Assembly: GCA_039192515.1 (NCBI GenBank)
Contig: JBCCXA010000010.1
Location: 11,126-75,125 of the forward strand
Reading direction: 5' to 3'
Source of the DNA: Verrucomicrobiota bacterium
Lineage (GTDB): Bacteria; Verrucomicrobiota; Verrucomicrobiia; Methylacidiphilales; JBCCWR01
DNA length: 64,000 bases
A program made the position numbers and the translations under genes. Shown here one piece after another: positions 53,606-60,179 of this stretch; the first letter of the stretch is position 1, and every line of letters begins with the position of its first letter. The notes under the pieces are model-generated. The model was not told where the DNA came from. It was given only the letters and a program-made list of their open reading frames with translations, and searched no databases.

Positions 53606-54028
53606 ATGAAAGCTGATCAGCGCATATTTGGTGAAATCTATGATGAAAGCAAATCTCATCGTATAACATTAGTATATGATGAAACATCACGTGGCGGGTA
53701 TGATTTCCTTAGGATAGACTGGCATACCCTAAGAGACAATGAATGGCGTATTCATCATACATTATCGCAGGATGCCTTCTCAAAGAATTCCAATGAACAA
53801 ATATGGGTTAGTGACATTCATAGTTTTGATCCTGAGACCGCTAACTGTATTCTGAAAATTGCAGAGGGAGAAAAACAATTAGATGTAGGACATATTTCGT
53901 ATATCTATTCTTGGAGAATTTGGGATATTAAAGATAACAAAGAAGTAAAGCTAATTAAGGTGTGCGAGAACATATGGGAGGGACCCATACTATTAGAAAA
54001 AGTAGAGCACACCGAACATGCCAGTTGA
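53606..54028 (+). CDS. Cassette ORF, hypothetical protein
   Basis: 140 aa with ATG 15 nt after R' GTT and the stop inside the next attC. No family was recognised. Confidence 0.6.
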   Translation: MKADQRIFGEIYDESKSHRITLVYDETSRGGYDFLRIDWHTLRDNEWRIHHTLSQDAFSKNSNEQIWVSDIHSFDPETANCILKIAEGEKQLDVGHISYIYSWRIWDIKDNKEVKLIKVCENIWEGPILLEKVEHTEHAS

Positions 54029-54135
54029 CAAAATGGCTCATACTCCGCGCTGTGATTTATCAGTATGAAAGATGAACTTCAACCCGTGAGATTTATCTGA
54101 TATTATCAGAGCCATTTCTCACTTTTACGTTCGGT
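54012..54135 (+). repeat. attC site 4 (long, ~124 bp)
   Basis: R'' CCGAAC is at 54012-54017. Arms are GTtGAcAAAATGGCTC (54024-54039) / GAGCCATTTCTCAC (54109-54122). R' GTTCGGT is at 54129-54135. Confidence 0.8.
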
Positions 54136-54151
54136 AGAAGAATAGAAAATT

Positions 54152-54892
54152 ATGAAAATTAAACTCGCAGCAGTCGGCATGTTTTTTTTGTCGTTATCGT
54201 GTTTTGCTCAAAGTGAGGCTATCAAGACAGAGGACGCGGACGCGAAAATTATTGCGGAAGTGCTCGGACAGAAGATCACCGCTGCCGAAAAGGACAATCT
54301 CCAGGGGTTGATCTTTGGAGCTCTATTACAGGAGTTTGCGAAGGAAAATAAGATCGAGCCCACAGAGGCGGAACTGGACGCCTTCATCGTGCAGACCCAG
54401 AAGCAAGAGAAGCGAAATCAAGTAGAATTCGAAGCAGATCGGGAAAGACTGCGGCGAGAGCTGAGGTCTACCGACCTCTCGGATGAAGAGCGGGAGGATA
54501 AGGAATCTCAACTCCAGACGGTTGAGAGCATTCTGAAGGCCAATCGCGAGACAAAAAGAATGACGAAAGGGATGGAAGCAGAGATGCACTCCATGATGTG
54601 CCAAATGGCGCAACAGTTTGTCAACTCGTGGAAGATCAACAAGGCCCTATACGAAGAATACGGAGGTCGAATCATCTTTCAGCAGGCTGGAGTTGAGCCA
54701 CTGGATGCATATCGGGATTTTCTGAGGAAGAAGGAGGAGCAGGGAGCATTTCAGATCCTCGATGAGAGCCACAGGGCACAGTTCTGGAATTACTTTACGA
54801 ATGACAACATGCATACTTTCTACGACAAAAACGACGGAGCGAAATTTATACATACCCCTTGGTGGATGGTGGACAAATCACCAGAAGAATAA
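54152..54892 (+). CDS. Cassette ORF, secreted coiled-coil-rich protein
   Basis: Signal peptide MKIKLAAVGMFFLSLSCFAQSEA. Codon usage is visibly more G+C-rich than in neighbouring cassettes. Confidence 0.6.
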   Translation: MKIKLAAVGMFFLSLSCFAQSEAIKTEDADAKIIAEVLGQKITAAEKDNLQGLIFGALLQEFAKENKIEPTEAELDAFIVQTQKQEKRNQVEFEADRERLRRELRSTDLSDEEREDKESQLQTVESILKANRETKRMTKGMEAEMHSMMCQMAQQFVNSWKINKALYEEYGGRIIFQQAGVEPLDAYRDFLRKKEEQGAFQILDESHRAQFWNYFTNDNMHTFYDKNDGAKFIHTPWWMVDKSPEE

Positions 54893-54896
54893 AATC

Positions 54897-54952
54897 ACCG
54901 AACAAGACAGTGGTGGCAACGGCTAAGGCCGTGCCACACTTCGAAGTTCGCT
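54897..54952 (+). repeat. attC site 5 (short family)
   Basis: R'' CCGAAC ends at 54903. Arms are GTGgTGGCAaCGGC (54910-54923) / GCCGTGCCACAC (54928-54939) with two bulged bases. R' GTTCGCT is at 54946-54952. Confidence 0.85.
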
Positions 54953-54958
54953 AATAAA

Positions 54959-55330
54959 ATGGCCCTGATCTTTAAATTGGAATGCGATAAGTGTGATTTC
55001 ACCGTAGGTCCTACTGGTGGAGGACACCTTTACGTTACTCTAGATGATGGAAGCCGTAAGCCTTTACCTCATCCGGCTGAATTTTCGACAGCATTAGATG
55101 CAACTGGTAAAGAGTTACCAGAGTTACAGAAGGAAAAGCGAATTGGCAGTGAACTCCAGTATCTTTGTTTAGCATGTGGCCATGATTTATATCTCGATCC
55201 GAGCAAAGATGTTTTAGTTTGTCCTGTTTGTACGTCTGATAACCTCATCGACATGCAGAAAGTTAAAAAGAAAGCCTGCCCAAAATGTAAGGAAGGCCAT
55301 CTAAGGCAAGAACACATAGGTATTTCATGA
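54959..55330 (+). CDS. Cassette ORF, double zinc-ribbon protein
   Basis: 123 aa with four CxxC pairs: CDKC, CLAC, CPVC and CPKC. Confidence 0.6.
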   Translation: MALIFKLECDKCDFTVGPTGGGHLYVTLDDGSRKPLPHPAEFSTALDATGKELPELQKEKRIGSELQYLCLACGHDLYLDPSKDVLVCPVCTSDNLIDMQKVKKKACPKCKEGHLRQEHIGIS

Positions 55331-55340
55331 ATGTAATAAA

Positions 55341-55406
55341 AGCGAACAATCCGATACATCGAATTCACTCCCTGCGGTCGTTCTTGGCTGATCGGTGACG
55401 TTAGTC
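55341..55406 (+). repeat. attC site 6
   Basis: R'' GCGAAC is at 55342-55347 and R' GTTAGTC at 55400-55406. The 27-nt core AATTCACTCCCTGCGGTCGTTCTTGGC (55362-55388) is identical to that of site 10. Confidence 0.8.
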
Positions 55407-55413
55407 AGAATAA

Positions 55414-55938
55414 ATGAAATCAATCATACCATCCAAGGAAGAGTGTTTCTACATCCTCGAAATGTTGGAGTCCTCACTGATTGATTTCAGCTACACTCAT
55501 CCTTGGGCTGACCGAATAATCGGATTGATTGACATACCCCCATCTTGGCTCTGCGACGTCTCTACAAAAAAATACACTGGAGACCAAAAGAAAGCATTTA
55601 GGGAATATGTCTTCAGTGAGCCATTTGAAGAAACACCAGTTGATATTGATAAATTCCACGTCGGGTGTCTTTGGATTAGATACGAAAGAAGAGAATTGTC
55701 TTGGGCTTCCTTCCTTCAACTGTCAGGCGAGTATCTCGACGCTGCGGGGGGAGACTGGGATTGCGAAACCCCATACCACTACCTCAATACTATTGAAGAT
55801 GCCTATTTCAGCTACGAATCCGAGGAGCGCACAAAGGCATTATATCTTAAAGATCATGATGTGTTGCCATGGGCGAATCTAGCAAAACAGAAACTCGAAC
55901 CTTTTTTAGAAACACGAATGACTAACAAGGCAGGATAG
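55414..55938 (+). CDS. Cassette ORF, hypothetical protein
   Basis: 174 aa with ATG 14 nt after GTT and the stop inside attC 7. No family was recognised. Confidence 0.6.
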   Translation: MKSIIPSKEECFYILEMLESSLIDFSYTHPWADRIIGLIDIPPSWLCDVSTKKYTGDQKKAFREYVFSEPFEETPVDIDKFHVGCLWIRYERRELSWASFLQLSGEYLDAAGGDWDCETPYHYLNTIEDAYFSYESEERTKALYLKDHDVLPWANLAKQKLEPFLETRMTNKAG

Positions 55939-55974
55939 GCAACGCCTTTGGCGCGCCTACCTTTGACGTTCGGG
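55920..55974 (+). repeat. attC site 7 (short family)
   Basis: R'' ACTAAC is at 55921-55926. Arms are GGaTAGGCaaCGC / GCGCGCCTACC. R' GTTCGGG is at 55968-55974. Confidence 0.8.
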
Positions 55975-55992
55975 CAATAGAATATTTCAAGA

Positions 55993-56361
55993 ATGAATCC
56001 TGATTTAAATTTCTTTTTTATGCTATTGATTAGTTCGGTATTCATTTTCTTCAGTTACAGAATTATCAAAAGGCACATGCTCAATATTGAGCTAGATAAA
56101 CATCTAAATGATAAAAATTATGTAGTTCATGAGATTACTTCTTATGTGTGTCTGAGAGACGAAGATGTCCCAAAAAGTTTATTAGATTTTTACTATTCTC
56201 AGTATCCCAGAATTATGAGATGGCACAGCCAGTGGCACATGATATACAGAGTAACGATATTAGATAGTAATTCGTCACCAGAATATAGGTGGTATTATCT
56301 TGATTCTAGAGCTTCAAAGCATAATCGTATTAAAGAATTAAAACCCGAACCTGGCAGTTGA
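55993..56361 (+). CDS. Cassette ORF, N-terminally membrane-anchored hypothetical protein
   Basis: 122 aa with the TM helix FFFMLLISSVFIFFSY. The stop lies inside attC 8. Confidence 0.55.
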   Translation: MNPDLNFFFMLLISSVFIFFSYRIIKRHMLNIELDKHLNDKNYVVHEITSYVCLRDEDVPKSLLDFYYSQYPRIMRWHSQWHMIYRVTILDSNSSPEYRWYYLDSRASKHNRIKELKPEPGS

Positions 56362-56411
56362 CCTAATCGCGTACCCTAGCGGGTTCGCTCCAGGTCACTT
56401 TTACGTTCGCT
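56344..56411 (+). repeat. attC site 8 (TACCCTAGCGGGTT-core family)
   Basis: R'' CCGAAC is at 56345-56350. Arms are GTtGACCT / AGGTCAC around the core TACCCTAGCGGGTTCGC. R' GTTCGCT is at 56405-56411. Confidence 0.8.
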
Positions 56412-56419
56412 GAATAAAT

Positions 56420-56797
56420 ATGAGTTTGATCTTAGATTGGCTGACCCTGAGCTCGAAAGTGATCGATTCGCTTGAGGAAGCGTTAAGAAGCTACGAACCT
56501 GATCAAGTCGAACTCAACGCTATCGCTTGGCAGATCGCGGAACTAAAGAAGGTAAATGAAAAAGTTAAAAAAGATGGATTCTTCGACTCAAGTTACACCG
56601 AAGCTTACCTGATCAAAGCTACATCTCGGGAACATCTGAATATTCAAACCGCGATATTAGAAGAATTAGGCTACCTATTCGATATAGCTCAAAGAGCTGT
56701 TCGATTAGGCCCCTCGAAGGCAAATGACATTCTTAAGATTAAACAGAGCGAACAAGGCGGTGAGCTCAATTCCGAGAGGCTGCGCTCCTCGTCTTGA
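56420..56797 (+). CDS. Cassette ORF, hypothetical helical protein
   Basis: 125 aa. The C-terminal 16 residues (EQGGELNSERLRSSS) are encoded by attC 9. Confidence 0.55.
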   Translation: MSLILDWLTLSSKVIDSLEEALRSYEPDQVELNAIAWQIAELKKVNEKVKKDGFFDSSYTEAYLIKATSREHLNIQTAILEELGYLFDIAQRAVRLGPSKANDILKIKQSEQGGELNSERLRSSS

Positions 56798-56815
56798 GCT
56801 ACCTTAGCGTTCGCT
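56747..56815 (+). repeat. attC site 9
   Basis: R'' GCGAAC is at 56748-56753. Arms are GGTgAGCTCAA / CTTGAGCTACC. R' GTTCGCT is at 56809-56815. Confidence 0.8.
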
Positions 56816-56818
56816 GAA

Positions 56819-57088
56819 ATGAAAAAACCTCCCACAGAGATAGATGGAGCTAAGGTTATTGAGTGGGCCTGGTCTGGAGATACCCCATTTGGCCTAGTGC
56901 CAGGAGCTGAACCCCCTGAGATATATGGATTGGCGATAGCTACCTACGACAACCAATCATACTACCGTTTTTCGTGCGATAGCGATTGGCATACTACTCA
57001 AGACAGTGTGTATGACTCTATTGAAAAAGCTAAGTCCTTGTTACCTAAGCAGTATTGCGATGTTGAAGCATTCTGGAGAAAATCATAA
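56819..57088 (+). CDS. Cassette ORF, small hypothetical protein
   Basis: 89 aa with ATG 10 nt after GTT. No family was recognised. Confidence 0.55.
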   Translation: MKKPPTEIDGAKVIEWAWSGDTPFGLVPGAEPPEIYGLAIATYDNQSYYRFSCDSDWHTTQDSVYDSIEKAKSLLPKQYCDVEAFWRKS

Positions 57089-57094
57089 AATATT

Positions 57095-57160
57095 AGCGAA
57101 CAAACACGTAGTGCCAATTCACTCCCTGCGGTCGTTCTTGGCACACGCTTAACGTTCGAC
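57095..57160 (+). repeat. attC site 10
   Basis: R'' GCGAAC is at 57096-57101. Arms are CGTaGTGCCAA / TTGGCACACG. The core (57116-57142) is identical to that of site 6. R' GTTCGAC is at 57154-57160. Confidence 0.85.
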
Positions 57161-57168
57161 AGAAATTT

Positions 57169-57687
57169 ATGAAAAAGAAACTAACTCTACTCGCACTTGC
57201 TCTCATACCTACTGCTTGCCTACTCGGAAAGACCATATCCCTCGATGGAGGGAGTGTAGCATTCGATGCACCGGATGAATTCACTCCAGTGCCTCAAGAG
57301 ATAATTGACATAAAGTATCCCTCTTCGAGAGCCCCGAAGTATGTGATTGGGAATAAGTCTGCAGCTACGACGATTGCCTATGATATTAAACCGCACTCAA
57401 TTCCTCAGCACAAAATTGAGGAAGCTAGAAAGTCATTCAGAGATTTGTTTCCTCGCATAATTCCAGGACTTCAGTGGAAAGAGAATAAAGTAATCACACT
57501 AGCAGGACAAAAGTGGGGATACATGGAAATGACATCGACTGCTATCGATACGAATATTTACAATATCATGCTCTTTACAGGATACAAAGGTAAGATGTTG
57601 GTCTTCAATTTCAACTCAATAAGAGAGGAGTTCCCGAAATACGAAAAAGCCCTCAGGGATTCTCTAAATTCGATTGAAATCAAATAG
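57169..57687 (+). CDS. Cassette ORF, secreted DcrB/DUF1795-like protein
   Basis: Signal peptide MKKKLTLLALALIPTACLLG. The family assignment is tentative, based on overall pattern only. Confidence 0.5.
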   Translation: MKKKLTLLALALIPTACLLGKTISLDGGSVAFDAPDEFTPVPQEIIDIKYPSSRAPKYVIGNKSAATTIAYDIKPHSIPQHKIEEARKSFRDLFPRIIPGLQWKENKVITLAGQKWGYMEMTSTAIDTNIYNIMLFTGYKGKMLVFNFNSIREEFPKYEKALRDSLNSIEIK

Positions 57688-57727
57688 TCGAACAAGACGT
57701 GTGAGGCAACGAGCGCAAGCGTTCGTC
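57688..57727 (+). repeat. attC site 11, internally deleted (3' arm missing)
   Basis: TCGAAC-AAGACGTGTGAGGCAACGAGC-GCAAGC-GTTCGTC keeps R'', the L''-like arm and R' (57721-57727), but no complementary 3' arm. It is only ~40 bp long. Confidence 0.5.
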
Positions 57728-57737
57728 GAAATATTAA

Positions 57738-58024
57738 ATGGCATTACAAGTTTATATTTCAGATCCTAAAGGTGGACTTGAGAAACATCAGATCTTACCT
57801 GAGCTATCTCATGAACAACATCAAGAGTTATTTTCAAACTCAAAGATGAGTATTCAGACATATCTTATTCCCACCAGGAGCTAGAAGCTCTTGTTTCAGA
57901 GATAGAACATGCAACTATGAATTTCGATATGACATCACCCGTAAAAGCGTTTTTGAGCCCTTTTCATTCATTATCTGTTATTGCTCTGACTAGGGAGAAG
58001 AATATAGTATTAATCTCAGATTAA
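57738..58024 (+). pseudogene. Cassette gene disrupted by a frameshift
   Basis: The frame from ATG 57738 gives 48 aa and ends at TAG 57882-57884. A second frame is open from 57815 to TAA 58022-58024 (..HQELEALVSEIEHATMNFDMTSPVKAFLSPFHSLSVIALTREKNIVLISD) and stops right before attC 12. One indel in the 57815-57884 overlap would join them. Confidence 0.6.
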
Positions 58025-58030
58025 ATTAGA

Positions 58031-58100
58031 GACGAACATGACAGTTTACCAAATACGTTTACCCTAGCGGGTTTCGCTTTTGGTGACTTCGACATTCTGC
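58031..58100 (+). repeat. attC site 12 (TACCCTAGCGGGTT-core family, mutated R')
   Basis: R'' ACGAAC is at 58032-58037. Arms are GTtTACCAAAtACG / CGCTTTTGGTGAC. ATT (58094-58096) replaces GTT. Confidence 0.65.
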
Positions 58101-58186
58101 AAAAAAGTCATCGACCATGAAAAATCTCGAATATTTAAACACAGAGAGTAAACAAACCTTGCGAGAAGGAATATCCGAGTTGCGGC

Positions 58187-58654
58187 ATGCCGAAGGCGCC
58201 GGAACTTCTGAATGACATGGATGCCCACGATGCAATCCATGTGCTTTTCGGCTGCCCAACGAACTTGGCAGGTGAGATCGTTGCACATATTTGGACTGCT
58301 TTCGGAACGACCGTATCAATAAAGGATATGCGCCGGGTCAACCAACACCGCGATCACAGGCAAGTATTGGAACAGATTGGGCATCGAAAATTATTTCTTA
58401 CATGGATTCGCAGTCTGCCGCGAATCCTCAAGGTGATCATCCGCACAAAGAAGATGAAGTCGCGTTGGCCTGTGGAAGAGGTTGATGCATTCGCTGACCG
58501 ACCTCTCGACGAATTGCGAAAGGAATTCTCGATCAGGCTCATTCCTTTCGATCCAGGGGAAGGCGGATCAGGAGGTGCAGCACTCCGAAACTTGAATCGT
58601 AAGACAGAACAAGGCAGTGGACTCAACGCGCTGCCGCGCGTGAGTCACTTTTAA
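58187..58654 (+). CDS. Cassette ORF, Coq4-like HDxxH protein (possibly frameshifted at the 5' end)
   Basis: DAHDAIHVLFGCPTNLAGEIVAHIW resembles the Coq4-family HDxxH-x(10-13)-E metal motif. A 32-codon frame from ATG 58117 overlaps out of frame. The C-terminal 16 residues are encoded by attC 13. Confidence 0.55.
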   Translation: MPKAPELLNDMDAHDAIHVLFGCPTNLAGEIVAHIWTAFGTTVSIKDMRRVNQHRDHRQVLEQIGHRKLFLTWIRSLPRILKVIIRTKKMKSRWPVEEVDAFADRPLDELRKEFSIRLIPFDPGEGGSGGAALRNLNRKTEQGSGLNALPRVSHF

Positions 58655-58662
58655 AGTTCGCC
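58604..58662 (+). repeat. attC site 13 (short family)
   Basis: R'' CAGAAC ends at 58610. Arms are GTGgACTCAaCGCG (58617-58630) / CGCGTGAGTCAC (58637-58648). R' GTTCGCC is at 58656-58662. Confidence 0.85.
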
Positions 58663-58667
58663 ACAAA

Positions 58668-59141
58668 ATGAACCATTTTCTACTACCTGTCCTTATCGTC
58701 ATATCGGTCTTCACTGGAGTTTGTTGTGCCGAAGGCTTAGCCCCAACAAATCTCACTGTGATAGTTTGTGATTCTACCAACAAGGTTTTGGATACTGTTA
58801 TTGTTCCGGACGACAAGAAGTCCAGATCAGTGAAATTTACTCTACCTGAGGGAACAGACGAGATTCGAGTTTTCGCACTCGGAAAGCGTCAGCACAAAGA
58901 CATGCAGACAGGCTACTATATCACCGGCCGACCTGATGATAAGAAGTGGATGGGGTTGGGCTACGTCGAGGCGCATGTCGAGAAAGGCGTTTTGACCGGA
59001 ATCGATGGTAACGGATTCGGACAGATCAAAATTGACAAGAATCTCAAGAAGCAAGTCTTGACCGACATCAAAGTTGGGACGACGGCCACGATCACAACCG
59101 TAATAATCAATGGCGAACAAGGCAGTGGTGGCAACGGCTAA
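58668..59141 (+). CDS. Cassette ORF, secreted hypothetical protein
   Basis: Signal peptide MNHFLLPVLIVISVFTGVCCAEG. The C-terminal EQGSGGNG is encoded by attC 14. Confidence 0.6.
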   Translation: MNHFLLPVLIVISVFTGVCCAEGLAPTNLTVIVCDSTNKVLDTVIVPDDKKSRSVKFTLPEGTDEIRVFALGKRQHKDMQTGYYITGRPDDKKWMGLGYVEAHVEKGVLTGIDGNGFGQIKIDKNLKKQVLTDIKVGTTATITTVIINGEQGSGGNG

Positions 59142-59167
59142 CGCCGCGCCACACTTTGACCTTAAAT
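59112..59167 (+). repeat. attC site 14 (short family, mutated R')
   Basis: R'' GCGAAC is at 59113-59118. The 5' arm GTGGTGGCAACGGC is identical to that of site 5. CTT (59161-59163) replaces GTT. Confidence 0.7.
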
Positions 59168-59597
59168 GTCCACTCAGGAATAGACTATAAGCCAAGATAA
59201 AGTAATAAAAATACTTGCAATAGCAAATATAATCTCTCTGCCTGTTGTTGTAGTTCTGAGTTTCTATCTTGATTCTTCTTTGCCGCCATTACTTGTAGAC
59301 TTCTTGGAGCAAGAAATGGAACGAGAAAATACCAATGTAGAATTGGTAGTTAGTTTTCTTACAATTCCGGTTTTATTAGTTCATCTTGTAGCACTATTCG
59401 GAGTTCTGCTATTCAAACAGTGAGCACGTATTCCTCTACTATTTACAAGCATACTATTTTATGTGCTTACTCCTTTTTTAGGGCCCTACGTGGATCACGG
59501 TATTTCGGCGACATTAGATAGTTTATCTTCGTTTATGCTGGGGGCGCTGTTAGTGCTATTGTTTTTCGGAGAATCAACATTTAACAAGTTAAGCTAG
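59166..59597 (+). pseudogene. Cassette gene for a ~4-TM membrane protein with two in-frame stop codons
   Basis: Hand translation gives one frame: MSTQE-TAG(59181)-TISQDKVIKILAIANIISLPVVVVLSFYL..LVALFGVLLFKQ-TGA(59421)-ARIPLLFTSILFYVLTPFLG..LGALLVLLFFGESTFNKLS-TAG(59595). It is absent from the ORF track because each piece is shorter than 60 aa from a start codon. Confidence 0.65.
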
Positions 59598-59637
59598 CAG
59601 GACGCCGCAAGCGGCGCCTCTGCTTAAAGCGTTATCT
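59579..59637 (+). repeat. attC site 15 (short family)
   Basis: R'' TTTAAC is at 59580-59585. Arms are TTAAGCtAGcAGGaCGCCGC (59589-59608) / GCGGCGCCTCTGCTTAA (59611-59627), which pair perfectly once the 3 bulged bases are removed. R' GTTATCT is at 59631-59637. Confidence 0.85.
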
Positions 59638-59642
59638 GATAA

Positions 59643-60098
59643 ATGTCATATATCCTGACAAAACAAAGAAATGCCAACGTCAAAGCTGCATTTGAAAAAT
59701 ATGCTTTGTATTTAAAAGAAAATGAAAGGTCATTCCCCAAGGGTGCATATGAACTTGCTACTAGTGATTGGTGGTTTAATTTTAATAATCACAGATGTCC
59801 ACATGACTCTTGGTTAGAGAAATTTGAGATTATGGAACACAGCCAAGGCGAGAGGAATGAGATAAGGTGGTCAAACATCGTTATTACTCTACTAGGCGCT
59901 TATCATGACTCTCTGCTTACCATTGAATATTCAGCAGTTTGCAATTATAGACTAGAGTGTGATTCAGGACATGGAGATTGGCTTTTTGACCAGTTTCTGT
60001 GTTCGGATGATGGCGATGTCATACATGAAATTGAGTGGTCTAGATCTCACTGGATAATTCACTGCAAAGATATTGAGTTTAGCTATAAGAAAATTTAA
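59643..60098 (+). CDS. Cassette ORF, hypothetical cytoplasmic protein (immunity-protein-like architecture)
   Basis: 151 aa with ATG 12 nt after GTT. The family is not securely recognised. Confidence 0.55.
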   Translation: MSYILTKQRNANVKAAFEKYALYLKENERSFPKGAYELATSDWWFNFNNHRCPHDSWLEKFEIMEHSQGERNEIRWSNIVITLLGAYHDSLLTIEYSAVCNYRLECDSGHGDWLFDQFLCSDDGDVIHEIEWSRSHWIIHCKDIEFSYKKI

Positions 60099-60167
60099 GA
60101 TAATAAGTCAGTTCACCAAATGCGCTTACCCTGGCGGGTTTCGCTTTTGGTGACTTCAAGCTTAGAG
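60098..60167 (+). repeat. attC site 16 (TACCCTGGCGGGTT-core family, both R boxes mutated)
   Basis: GATAAT (60099-60104) replaces xxGAAC. Arms are GTtCACCAAAtGCG / CGCTTTTGGTGAC. CTT (60161-60163) replaces GTT. Confidence 0.6.
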
Positions 60168-60179
60168 TAATATAAAAAC

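Noticed and set aside
53409-53690. The track ORF on the minus strand (93 aa).
   Set aside because: It overlaps attC 3, the start of the next plus-strand cassette ORF and the read-through tail of the upstream gene. It is low-complexity with no family and is judged a shadow ORF.
54326-55719. Minus-strand track ORFs 54326..54613, 54647..54853, 55069..55368 and 55474..55719, plus the plus-strand ORF 55529..55882.
   Set aside because: All are fully nested in longer cassette ORFs that respect the attC boundaries, so they are treated as shadow or alternative-frame ORFs.
58059-59195. A cluster of overlapping ORFs in the G+C-richer cassettes: minus-strand 58059..58319, 58064..58288, 58135..58341, 58354..58626, 58568..58816 and 58842..59195, plus the alternative-frame plus-strand ORF 58291..58485.
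   Set aside because: Higher G+C lowers stop-codon frequency on all frames. These ORFs cross attC sites and overlap one another, so the plus-strand cassette ORFs explain the region better.
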